Assembly (NCBI RefSeq): GCF_946477935.1
Contig: NZ_CAMLAC010000002.1
Coordinates: 378-64,377 of the forward strand
Source of the DNA: an uncultured Sphingomonas sp.
GTDB taxonomy: Bacteria > Pseudomonadota > Alphaproteobacteria > Sphingomonadales > Sphingomonadaceae
Reading direction: 5' to 3'
Length of the DNA stretch: 64,000 nt
The position numbers and the translations under genes are program-made. Below the pieces are notes generated by a model, which saw nothing but the letters and a program-made list of their open reading frames with translations, ran no database searches and was not told the DNA's origin. Below are positions 47,176 to 56,060 of the stretch, piece after piece. Each line of letters opens with the position of its first letter. Within the stretch, counting starts at the first letter, position 1.

Positions 47176-47914
47176 AGGCGCCGTGCAGGCAGCGCCGTGG
47201 CAGAAGGCCGTGATTGACCAGGTCGTCCAACAGACCCCGGCCATCAAAAGCTTCTTCTTCCGGCTGCGCACGCCTTTCACCCATGTGGCGGGTCAGCACG
47301 TCGATGTGCGCCTGACGGCGCCTAACGGCTACACGGCGATGCGCAGCTATTCGATTGCCTCACCGACCAGCGATGCAGGGGTCCTTGAGCTCGCCATCGA
47401 ACGCTTGCCCGACGGGGAGGTATCCCCCTTCTTTCACGACGTCGCAGCGGTCGGTGACGAGATCGAACTTCGCGGCCCACTCGGCGGGCACTTCCTCTGG
47501 CCGGGGCAGGGAGCCGAGCCGATCCTTCTGATCGGAGCAGGCTCTGGTCTGGTCCCGCTGATGGCCATGATCCGGCAGCGCCGTGAGATGGCACAGACTG
47601 TTCCGACAGCGCTGCTCCTGTCAGCCCGCACGGCGCGCGACGTCCTGTTCTCGGACGAGCTGCTGGCCATCGAACTGGATGATCCCGCCTTCGTGCTGAC
47701 GCTGGCGATCACGCGTGAAGCTCCGAAGCGTGCGACAGACTTCGCGCGGCGGATCGATAGCACGGTCGTCCAGGAGGTGGTCAGTCGGCTTCCCCGCACG
47801 CCTGCCCACGTCTTCGTCTGCGGGTCGAACGGCTTCGTGAACATAGCGGCCGATGGCGCACTGCTCGCCGGTCTGGACGCCGCGGCAATCAAGACCGAGC
47901 GATACGGTGGATAA
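47168..47914 (+). CDS. FNR-like FAD/NAD(P)H oxidoreductase
   Basis: RSYSIAS, GEVS, GPLG.F, IGAGSGLVP, FVCGSNGFV; overlaps the Mo-enzyme stop. Confidence 0.9.
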   Translation: MTEGAVQAAPWQKAVIDQVVQQTPAIKSFFFRLRTPFTHVAGQHVDVRLTAPNGYTAMRSYSIASPTSDAGVLELAIERLPDGEVSPFFHDVAAVGDEIELRGPLGGHFLWPGQGAEPILLIGAGSGLVPLMAMIRQRREMAQTVPTALLLSARTARDVLFSDELLAIELDDPAFVLTLAITREAPKRATDFARRIDSTVVQEVVSRLPRTPAHVFVCGSNGFVNIAADGALLAGLDAAAIKTERYGG

Positions 47915-47986
47915 CGGCGCAGATCCCGCCGCGTCCTCCCGAGCGCGGACGCGAAACCGCGGCGATCGGCGGGGAGGGCTGAGGCA

Positions 47987-49006
47987 ATGACGGTCGTCGC
48001 GCGCCAGTTTCATCTCAGGGCCCGTCCGGAAGGGCTACCCGCGTCTGACAACTTCGAGCTCGTCGAACGATCGCTTCCGGCTCCGCACAGCGGGCAGGTT
48101 CTCGTCCGCAATCTGTGGCTCTCAGTCGACCCCTACATGCGCGGAAGGATGACCGGCCGCGAAAGCTACATCCCGCCGTTTGAGATAGGCGAGCCCCTGG
48201 ATGGGGCCGCGATCGGCGTCGTTGTCGAAAGCGACGACACCGGCCTAAGGCCGGGCGATGTCGTCAGCCACTTCGCCGGGTGGCGTGACTATGCGGTCGT
48301 CGACGCTACTTCTGCCACCAAGATCGATCCTGCGATCCCGGAGCAAGCCTATCTCGGGCCGCTCGGGTTCCCCGGCTTCGCCGCTTATATCGGCCTCCTG
48401 CGGATCGGAAAGCCGCAATCAGGCGAAACCGTCTTCGTCTCCGCCGCAGCCGGCTCGGTCGGTTCGCTCGCCGTCCAGATCGCAAAGATCAAGGGATGCC
48501 GGGTCGTGGCCTCCGCCGGCTCAGAGGAAAAGCTTCGCTGGCTACGCGATGAGGCGGGCGTCGATGCCACGATCAATTACAAGGAGGCGGGGGACATGTC
48601 GGCGGCGCTCGACACGGCAGCACCAGAAGGCATCGACATCTATTTCGACAATGTCGGCGGGACCCATCTCGAGGCAGCGCTGAGCGCCGCGAACGACTTC
48701 GCCCGCTTCGCACTGTGCGGAATGATCGACCAATATAACAGCGAGCCGTCCGGCCCCCGCAACATCTACGCCGCGATCGAGAAAAGCATCCTGCTGCAGG
48801 GCTTCATCACGATCCACAACATGTCCGTGTGGGAGGACTTCCAGCGCGACGTCGCGCGATGGATTCTGGACGGCGAGATCAAATGGCAGGAGACCGTGCT
48901 GCACGGCCTCGAGAGCACGCCAGCGGCTTTCCTCGACCTCTTTGCGGGAAAGAACATCGGCAAGATGGTGGTCGACCTGCGCGACGATCCACAGGGAGGA
49001 TCGTGA
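47987..49006 (+). CDS. NADP-dependent alkenal/prostaglandin reductase-like oxidoreductase (CurA-like MDR)
   Basis: WLSVDPYMRGRM, VSAAAGSVGS, YFDNVGG, LCGMIDQYN, GKNIGKMVV. Confidence 0.9.
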   Translation: MTVVARQFHLRARPEGLPASDNFELVERSLPAPHSGQVLVRNLWLSVDPYMRGRMTGRESYIPPFEIGEPLDGAAIGVVVESDDTGLRPGDVVSHFAGWRDYAVVDATSATKIDPAIPEQAYLGPLGFPGFAAYIGLLRIGKPQSGETVFVSAAAGSVGSLAVQIAKIKGCRVVASAGSEEKLRWLRDEAGVDATINYKEAGDMSAALDTAAPEGIDIYFDNVGGTHLEAALSAANDFARFALCGMIDQYNSEPSGPRNIYAAIEKSILLQGFITIHNMSVWEDFQRDVARWILDGEIKWQETVLHGLESTPAAFLDLFAGKNIGKMVVDLRDDPQGGS

Positions 49007-49085
49007 TGCGACGACCACGCCGCACGACCGCGACAGCGTCCCGCTGCCTCATTCCAGCGCAATTCCAGCATACCGGGAGATCAGC

Positions 49086-50351
49086 ATGAGCCGCTTCGCC
49101 GAACCCGTCTTTGTGGCCGCCGGCCTTCGGACACCATTTGGCCGCGGAGGCGGAGCGCTGGCGGCATACGACACGGTTTCGTTATCCGTACCAGTGGTGC
49201 AGGCGATGGCCGAGCATGCGAAGCCCGACCTGGTCGTCTGGGGAACCGTGATCCCGAACCTTGGCTGGAGCAATATTGCCCGCGAGGTCTGGCTCGATGC
49301 CAAGCTTAATCCGAATGTGCCGGCATTCTCCGTCGTTCTGGCGTGCTCGACCAGCATGACAGCAACCTTCGCAGCGGCGGGCATGCTCGGCGGCGGGACT
49401 GACCTGACGCTCGTCGGCGGCGGCGAGGTCATGAGCCGGCCATCGCTGGCCTTGACCCCAGAATCATCGAAGCGGCTCACGGATCTTTTCGCGAAAGATC
49501 CCGCCGCCGCGCTGGCTGCGCTGCAGGCGCTTACGCCGCGCGACTATGTCCTACCGACCAAGGGGTGGGCCAACCGCATCACCGGCAGAACCATGGGCGA
49601 TCATATGGAGGAGACGGCCAAGGCCTGGTCCATCTCCCGCGAAGCCCAGGACGATTGGGCGCTCAAAAGCCACCAGCGCGCAGTCGCCGGCTGGAATGCC
49701 GGCTTTTTCGATGATCTCGTGATCCCGCTGACCGAGCTGAAGCGCGACGCTAACCCGCGCTCAGACACGTCCGCCGAGCGGCTCGCCGCCCTGAAGCCTG
49801 CCTTCGATCGAGACAGCGGCTTCGGAACCCTGACGGCCGGCAACAGCTCGCCGATCACCGATGGCGCGGCCGCCTGCTGGGTCGCCAATGCGGTTGGCGT
49901 GGCAAAGCTACCGTCCGATACGCCATATGTCCGGTTGGTCGACTACGAGGTGTCAGCGGTCGACCTTCACAACGAGGGTCTGCTGATGGCCCCGTCCTAT
50001 GGCATCCCGCGCCTGCTTGCACGGCATGGACTCAGCTACCCGGACATTGCTCTTTGGGAAATCCACGAAGCTTTCGCCGCCCAGGTGCTGGCGAACGTCG
50101 CGGCTATCACCGACCGTGACTGGGTCCGCACGAAGGCGGGTGTCGACCAAGACATGGGCCAGTTCGACTGGGACCGCGTCAACCCAAATGGCGGCTCGGT
50201 GGCGATCGGGCATCCGTTCGGCGCCACCGGCGCCCGCGACCTCAGCCAGGCGGTGAAGGAGCTGTGGGCGCAGCCGGTGGGATCACGCGCGATCGTCAGC
50301 ATCTGCGCCGATGGCGGGCAGGGGACCGTCGCGCTTCTCGAGCGCGTGTGA
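49086..50351 (+). CDS. Thiolase (acetyl-CoA C-acyltransferase)
   Basis: RTPFG, LACSTS (Cys), HEAFAAQ, GHPFGATG, SICADGG. Confidence 0.92.
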   Translation: MSRFAEPVFVAAGLRTPFGRGGGALAAYDTVSLSVPVVQAMAEHAKPDLVVWGTVIPNLGWSNIAREVWLDAKLNPNVPAFSVVLACSTSMTATFAAAGMLGGGTDLTLVGGGEVMSRPSLALTPESSKRLTDLFAKDPAAALAALQALTPRDYVLPTKGWANRITGRTMGDHMEETAKAWSISREAQDDWALKSHQRAVAGWNAGFFDDLVIPLTELKRDANPRSDTSAERLAALKPAFDRDSGFGTLTAGNSSPITDGAAACWVANAVGVAKLPSDTPYVRLVDYEVSAVDLHNEGLLMAPSYGIPRLLARHGLSYPDIALWEIHEAFAAQVLANVAAITDRDWVRTKAGVDQDMGQFDWDRVNPNGGSVAIGHPFGATGARDLSQAVKELWAQPVGSRAIVSICADGGQGTVALLERV

Positions 50352-50361
50352 AGGGGGCAGC

Positions 50362-51435
50362 ATGATGAAGGCAATCCGCTTCCATGAATTCGGTGCCCCG
50401 GACGTGCTCCGATACGAAGACGCTCCAAAGCCAGACATCAAGCACGGAGAAGTGCTGATCCGCGTGATCGCCGCCGGCATCAACCCGCCCGACTGGTATC
50501 TGCGGGAAGGGTATAAGGCATTGCCGCCGGAATGGCGGCCGGAGGTCGCGTTCCCGGTCATTCCCGGATCGGACGTGTCCGGTGTCGTCGTTGCCGTCGC
50601 AGACGATGTGCAGGGCTTCGTGCCCGGCGACGAAGCGTTCGGCATGATCCGTTTCCCGAGTTACGGCGACAGCCTGGGATATGCCGAATATGTATCCGCG
50701 CCGGCATCAGACCTCGCCATCAAGCCGCGGTCGATCGATCACGTGCACGCCGCGGCAGTCCCGATGTCGGGCCTCACCGCTTGGCAATTCCTGATCAGTC
50801 TAGGTCACGACGAGCCCAATCCGCTGCAGCCGGATCGGCACCAGCCGGTCCCGCTTGCCGGCAAATGGGTCCTCGTCAATGGCGCGGCCGGCGGGGTCGG
50901 CCATCTCGCGGTCCAGTTGGCGAAACAGCAGGGCGCACGCGTCATCGCCGTCGCCTCGGGCCGGCACGAGAATTTCCTGGACGATCTCGGTGCGGACGAT
51001 TTCATCGACTATACCAAGACTGCGGCAGAAGATGTCGTGCGCGACGTCGATCTGGTGGTCGACGCGGTCGGCGGTCCTACGGCAGACCGCTTCCTGCGCA
51101 CGATCCGACGCGGCGGCGCGCTATTCCCGATCTTTCCGCTTGGTTTCACCGGCCAGGACGACGCCGCTCGGCTCGGTGTAACCGTCTCGGCGACGCAGGT
51201 CAGATCGAATGGTGCGCAGCTCGCGGAGCTTGGGCAGTTGCTCGAAAGCGGGGCCGTCCGTGTCGCTATCGACGGCACCTACCCGCTATCGCAGGCTTCC
51301 GCCGCGCACGAGCGCGCTGCGGACGGGCACATCCAAGGGAAGATCGTACTCACCGTCGGTGACGCAGATCCGCGCCCTGTAAGTACATCTGCCGTGTCGC
51401 CGACGACATGGCCGCCGCGCACGATCGGCCACTGA
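50362..51435 (+). CDS. NADP-dependent quinone-oxidoreductase-like MDR
   Basis: MKAIRFHEFGAPDVL, GINPPDW, PGSDVSG, NGAAGGVGH, GHIQGKIVL. Confidence 0.9.
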   Translation: MMKAIRFHEFGAPDVLRYEDAPKPDIKHGEVLIRVIAAGINPPDWYLREGYKALPPEWRPEVAFPVIPGSDVSGVVVAVADDVQGFVPGDEAFGMIRFPSYGDSLGYAEYVSAPASDLAIKPRSIDHVHAAAVPMSGLTAWQFLISLGHDEPNPLQPDRHQPVPLAGKWVLVNGAAGGVGHLAVQLAKQQGARVIAVASGRHENFLDDLGADDFIDYTKTAAEDVVRDVDLVVDAVGGPTADRFLRTIRRGGALFPIFPLGFTGQDDAARLGVTVSATQVRSNGAQLAELGQLLESGAVRVAIDGTYPLSQASAAHERAADGHIQGKIVLTVGDADPRPVSTSAVSPTTWPPRTIGH

Positions 51436-51539
51436 GGTGCGAGCGTTTGCCCCGCCTTTCGCGTGCTCCCGTCAGCGATTCGGAGCTGTTCATTGCGAGA
51501 CCGGACTAGCGGGCACGCGCAGGCGCTGGGAGGGGATCA

Positions 51540-53144
51540 GTGGCTCTGAACGCTAACACAGCGGATGTAGGTGCGATCCATCGCGCCAAGGCTCTTGCGG
51601 ACCTGATGGTCCTCGACACGCCTGACGAGCAAACCTTCGACGATCTCGTCTTTATCGCGGCAAAGGCCTGCGATGTCCCGATCGCACTGATCACGCTCCT
51701 CGATGTCGATCGACAATGGTTCAAGGCCAAGTACGGGCTCGACGTCCAGGAAACGGAGATCGAGCACTCCGTATGCCGGATAGAAATAGATCGCGGCGAC
51801 ATGCTCGAGATTACGGATCTGACCGCCGATCGTCGCACAAACTGCAACCCGCTCGTCACAGGTGCCCAGCACTTCCGCGCTTATGCCGGCGCACCGCTGG
51901 TCCTGCGCTCCGGTGTCGTGGTCGGCCGGCTGTGCGTCATCGACACCGAGCCACGCCCGGAAGGGTTGAGTGAGTTGGAAAGGGCGATGCTGCGTGCTCT
52001 CGCTCGCCTCGCCAGCGAGAACCTCGAGCTTCGTCGGACCGCCATGGCCAGCAATCGTCTGACGGAGTTGCAGGCCGCCTTGGTCGAGGTCGGCGAGGCC
52101 ATTCGCGGTAGCGGAGACGCTGGGCAGATGGCGTCAGCGACCGCAGCAATCGTCGGGCGGGTGCTGACTGCAGATCGCGCAGGCCTGGGGTCAGTCGACG
52201 ACGCAATCGAGACGATCGACATCAAGACCGACTGGACTGCGCCCGGAATTCTCAGCCTCGCCGGCCGTCATCGCCTCGATGAGTATGTGAGTTTGCGGGA
52301 GCCGCTCGTGTATGGCGACCCGCTGGTGGTCGCTGACGCCCTCACCGACGAACGCGCAGTCTCGAACCTTGCGATCGCAATGCGCATCGGGGTTCGCGCG
52401 CTTGTCGATATGCCGGTCCGGGAACATGGCAGGACGATCGCCTTGTTCTTCGTTCATTCGGCGCAGCCTAGACCTTGGCTGGCAGAAGAGATCGCGTTTC
52501 TCCGTAGCGCGACCGACCGTCTCGAAGCCGGTGTTGCGCGACATCGATCGGACGAGCAACAGCGCATCGTAAACGGTGAGATTGCGCACCGGCTGAAGAA
52601 CATGCTGACGATGGTTCAAGCGATCGCGAGCCAGACACTGCGATCAGCGAGCGACCGTGAATCAGTCTATGCCTTCGAACGCCGCCTGATGGCGCTGAGC
52701 GCCGCGCATGACGCCCTGCTTCAAAATAGCTGGGCGCAGGCCGACCTCAAATCAATAGCGACGACCGTGGTCGAGGCGATCGGGTTCATGGATCGCGTCA
52801 AGATGGACGGCCCACCAGTGGCGTTGGGGGCGCGGGCAGCGCTCTCCTTCTCGCTGATCGTGCACGAGCTTCTGACAAACGCCTGCAAATACGGGTCTCT
52901 CACGGGCGACTCCGGAGAAGTCTCGCTCACCTGGGAGATCGAGACCAACGATGGTGACGATCGCCTCATGATAAAATGGCGAGAGCGGGGGGGACCTCCA
53001 GTCACTCCACCTACGCGCCGGGGCTTCGGCTCGAAGCTTATCAGCATAGGCTTGGCCGGCACCGGCGGAGTGGACCTTCGCTACGATCCGGACGGATTCG
53101 CGGCCGACTTGCAAGCCCCCATGCGCCACCTGGCCAAGGGCTGA
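51540..53144 (+). CDS. HWE-family sensor histidine kinase with two GAF domains, cytoplasmic
   Basis: GAF (YAGAPL...GRLCVID), EIAHRLKNML H-box, HELLTNACKYG, WRERGGP; no TM segments. Confidence 0.92.
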   Translation: MALNANTADVGAIHRAKALADLMVLDTPDEQTFDDLVFIAAKACDVPIALITLLDVDRQWFKAKYGLDVQETEIEHSVCRIEIDRGDMLEITDLTADRRTNCNPLVTGAQHFRAYAGAPLVLRSGVVVGRLCVIDTEPRPEGLSELERAMLRALARLASENLELRRTAMASNRLTELQAALVEVGEAIRGSGDAGQMASATAAIVGRVLTADRAGLGSVDDAIETIDIKTDWTAPGILSLAGRHRLDEYVSLREPLVYGDPLVVADALTDERAVSNLAIAMRIGVRALVDMPVREHGRTIALFFVHSAQPRPWLAEEIAFLRSATDRLEAGVARHRSDEQQRIVNGEIAHRLKNMLTMVQAIASQTLRSASDRESVYAFERRLMALSAAHDALLQNSWAQADLKSIATTVVEAIGFMDRVKMDGPPVALGARAALSFSLIVHELLTNACKYGSLTGDSGEVSLTWEIETNDGDDRLMIKWRERGGPPVTPPTRRGFGSKLISIGLAGTGGVDLRYDPDGFAADLQAPMRHLAKG

Positions 53145-53151
53145 CGGAGGA

Positions 53152-53520
53152 ATGCGTATAATGATGAGGCCCGTGGTTCTCGTCGTAGAAGACGAACCAC
53201 TTGTTCGGCTTTTCGCATCGGACATGATCGAGGAAGCCGGTTTCGAGGTGCTGCAAGCGGCCGATGCCACGGACGCGATCGTCACGCTGGAAGGTCGGCT
53301 CGATGTCCGTGTCGTCTTCACCGATGTGGACATGCCTGGCGGGATCGACGGCATCATGCTGGCGATCTGCATTCGGGAGCGCTGGCCCGCCATTCAGATC
53401 ATCATCACTTCCGGCAGACCCTGGCCGGAGGGGACGGACATCCCTGACGACATGGTCTTTTTCTCGAAGCCATATCGTCAGGACCGGGTGCTGGAGACTG
53501 TTCGGAGGATGGCGGCATGA
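53152..53520 (+). CDS. Single-domain response regulator
   Basis: VLVVEDE, VFTDVDMPG, ITSG, FSKPY; no output domain. Confidence 0.92.
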   Translation: MRIMMRPVVLVVEDEPLVRLFASDMIEEAGFEVLQAADATDAIVTLEGRLDVRVVFTDVDMPGGIDGIMLAICIRERWPAIQIIITSGRPWPEGTDIPDDMVFFSKPYRQDRVLETVRRMAA

Positions 53521-53630
53521 CGCAGCACACCTGGGCGCCGCGGATAAGTGCTGGCGCAAGCCTCACCCCCCCGGCCGGGACAAGCCGCTGATCCCCGGCG
53601 ACCCCGGCTACGCCACTTCTCGCTGAAAGA

Positions 53631-55373
53631 ATGCTCGTGATGCTTCTGCTGCTGCTCTCCTACCTCGCCGGCGTGCTGACGATCATCAGCCCATGCATCC
53701 TGCCGGTGCTGCCCTTCGTCTTCGCGCGAGCAGGCCAGCCGTTCATGCGCAGTGGCCTGCCGCTACTGCTGGGGATGGCGGTGACCTTTGCCGGGGTAGC
53801 GACACTGGCCGCCGTCGGAGGCGGCTGGGCCGTCCAGGCGAATAGCTTCGGGAGAGCAGTGGCGCTGCTAATATTGGGATTGTTCGGCCTGCTGCTGCTC
53901 TTTCCCGCGCTTGCGGATCGAGCCACCCGACCGCTCGTCAAGCTGGGCGCCCGTCTCACAGAAGCGACCGGCCCGGAACGTTCCGGCGGCAGCTTCTGGG
54001 CGTCCCTGCTGCTTGGGTTCGCCACCGGTCTTCTATGGGCTCCCTGCGCGGGACCGATACTGGGGCTGATCCTGACCGGAGCCGCCTTGCAGGGCGCCAA
54101 TGTCGGCACGTCGCTGCTGCTGCTCGCCTACGCCGCCGGTGCCGCTACGTCGCTAGCACTGGCGCTGCTCCTCGGCGGACGCGTTTTCGCCGCGATGAAG
54201 CGGTCGATCCGTGTCGGCGACTGGTTCCGCCGTTCGCTCGGCGCGCTGGTGCTCGTCGCCGTGGCCGCCATCGCGCTGGGGCTCGACACGGGCCTGCTGA
54301 CCAGGCTCTCGCTTGCCGGCACGTCGGCCGTCGAACAGAGGCTCCTAGACAAGTTCCGGCTGGACGATCGCTCGGCGCAGACCAGCATGCCGGGAGACGG
54401 CCCACTCGGCATCGAAGGGGCGTTGCCTCCGCTCACCGGTGCAACGAGTTGGCTGAACTCTCCGTCGCTCACGCGCGAGGCGTTGCGCGGAAAGGTCGTC
54501 CTGGTCGATTTCTGGACTTACAGCTGCATCAACTGCCTGCGGACGCTGCCGTACGTCAAAGCCTGGGAGCAGAAGTATCGGGCCGCCGGGTTCGTCGTGA
54601 TCGGGGTTCACGCCCCCGAGTTCGCCTTCGAGAAGGATCCCAGTAACGTCGCGAAGGCCGTGCGTGACCTGGGCATCACCTATCCCGTCGCGCTCGACAA
54701 CAATCACGCAATCTGGCGCGCCTTCGACAACCGCTATTGGCCAGCGCATTACTTCATCGATGGCCGCGGCCGCATTCGATACCATCATTTCGGCGAAGGC
54801 AATTACGCCGAATCCGAGAAGGTCATCCAGCGGCTCCTCGCCGAGAATGGCCAGGCGGTCGGCGACATGCGAACCGTATCGGTGCGCACGGCGGGATCCT
54901 CCGCGGCGGCGAGCTGGAACGATGTACGCTCACCCGAGACCTACCTGGGCTATGTGCGTGGCGAGCGTTTCACGTCACCGGGCGGCCTCGCGCGCGAAAC
55001 CGTGCATGACTATGTCGCGCCGCCTCGGCTGCCTCTGAACGCCTGGGCGCTTTCCGGCCGCTGGATCGCGGGGTCGGAACATGCCTCGGCCCAATCCGCC
55101 GGTGCCCGCCTCGTCTACCGTTTTCATGCCCGCGACGTGCACCTTGTGCTCGGCCCTTCCACCATGGGACGGCGGGTTCGATTCCGCGTCACGATCGACG
55201 GCAAGCCGCCCGCTGGCGATCACGGCACGGACATCGATGACGCTGGGAACGGCACGATCGAGGGACAACGTCTCTATCAGCTCGTTCGGCAGAAGGGCGC
55301 CGTGCGCGAGCGTACCTTCTCGATCGAGTTCCTAGATGCCGGCGCTCAGGCTTTCGCCTTCACCTTCGGCTGA
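53631..55373 (+). CDS. dipZ: DipZ-like protein (CcdA/DsbD membrane domain plus thioredoxin domain)
   Basis: SPCILPVLP, WAPCAGPILG, VDFWTYSCINC, HAPEFAFEK, ETYLGY. Confidence 0.9.
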   Translation: MLVMLLLLLSYLAGVLTIISPCILPVLPFVFARAGQPFMRSGLPLLLGMAVTFAGVATLAAVGGGWAVQANSFGRAVALLILGLFGLLLLFPALADRATRPLVKLGARLTEATGPERSGGSFWASLLLGFATGLLWAPCAGPILGLILTGAALQGANVGTSLLLLAYAAGAATSLALALLLGGRVFAAMKRSIRVGDWFRRSLGALVLVAVAAIALGLDTGLLTRLSLAGTSAVEQRLLDKFRLDDRSAQTSMPGDGPLGIEGALPPLTGATSWLNSPSLTREALRGKVVLVDFWTYSCINCLRTLPYVKAWEQKYRAAGFVVIGVHAPEFAFEKDPSNVAKAVRDLGITYPVALDNNHAIWRAFDNRYWPAHYFIDGRGRIRYHHFGEGNYAESEKVIQRLLAENGQAVGDMRTVSVRTAGSSAAASWNDVRSPETYLGYVRGERFTSPGGLARETVHDYVAPPRLPLNAWALSGRWIAGSEHASAQSAGARLVYRFHARDVHLVLGPSTMGRRVRFRVTIDGKPPAGDHGTDIDDAGNGTIEGQRLYQLVRQKGAVRERTFSIEFLDAGAQAFAFTFG

Positions 55374-55433
55374 GAACGAAATGCCTGTGGAATCGCAATC
55401 GACCTCAACAACGAACGATCGGAGAGAGTAGCC

Positions 55434-55706
55434 ATGACGCCCGAAATTATCCTCTACACGACCAATTGGTGCCCTTTTTGCCGCCGCGCGAGGGCGCTTC
55501 TCACCCAGAAGGGCGTGAAATGGACTGAACACGACATCGAGGAGGATCCTGCTCAGCGCCAGGCAATGATCGAGGCCTCAGGCCGGGACACGGTTCCACA
55601 GATATTCATCAACGGCACGCACGTCGGAGGGTCTGATGACCTCTTTGATCTCGATGCCAAAGGCGGCCTCGACAAGCTGCTCGCAGGTGAGGCGTCCGCG
55701 ACCTGA
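55434..55706 (+). CDS. grxC: Glutaredoxin 3
   Basis: WCPFC, TVPQIFI, GGSDDL. Confidence 0.93.
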   Translation: MTPEIILYTTNWCPFCRRARALLTQKGVKWTEHDIEEDPAQRQAMIEASGRDTVPQIFINGTHVGGSDDLFDLDAKGGLDKLLAGEASAT

Positions 55707-55754
55707 TGCGACTGGCAAAGGCGCGCCCAGACATCGATGGAATGAAGGAACAGA

Positions 55755-56036
55755 ATGGTTTCGGCAGTTTGGAACGGCGCCACTATCGCCGCGAGCGAAG
55801 TGACCGTGATCGTCGACGGAAATCACTATTTTCCGCCAGAGGCGGTTGACCAAAGCAGGCTCGAGGCGAGCGATCACTCGTCCGTCTGTCCAGTCAAGGG
55901 CTCAGCGCGCTATTTTCATGTGCGGGCGGGCGGCGAGCGCAATCCGGATGCGGCCTGGACGTACCCCGACCCGACCGCAGAAGCCGAAGCGATCAGGGGT
56001 TATTTCGCATTCTGGAAGGGCGTGGAGGTTGCGTAG
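55755..56036 (+). CDS. DUF427-family protein
   Basis: GNHYFPPE, SVCPVKGSARY, AAWTYPDP, AFWKGV. Confidence 0.9.
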   Translation: MVSAVWNGATIAASEVTVIVDGNHYFPPEAVDQSRLEASDHSSVCPVKGSARYFHVRAGGERNPDAAWTYPDPTAEAEAIRGYFAFWKGVEVA

Positions 56037-56060
56037 GCCCCGCCTCGGAGGCGGCCGCTG

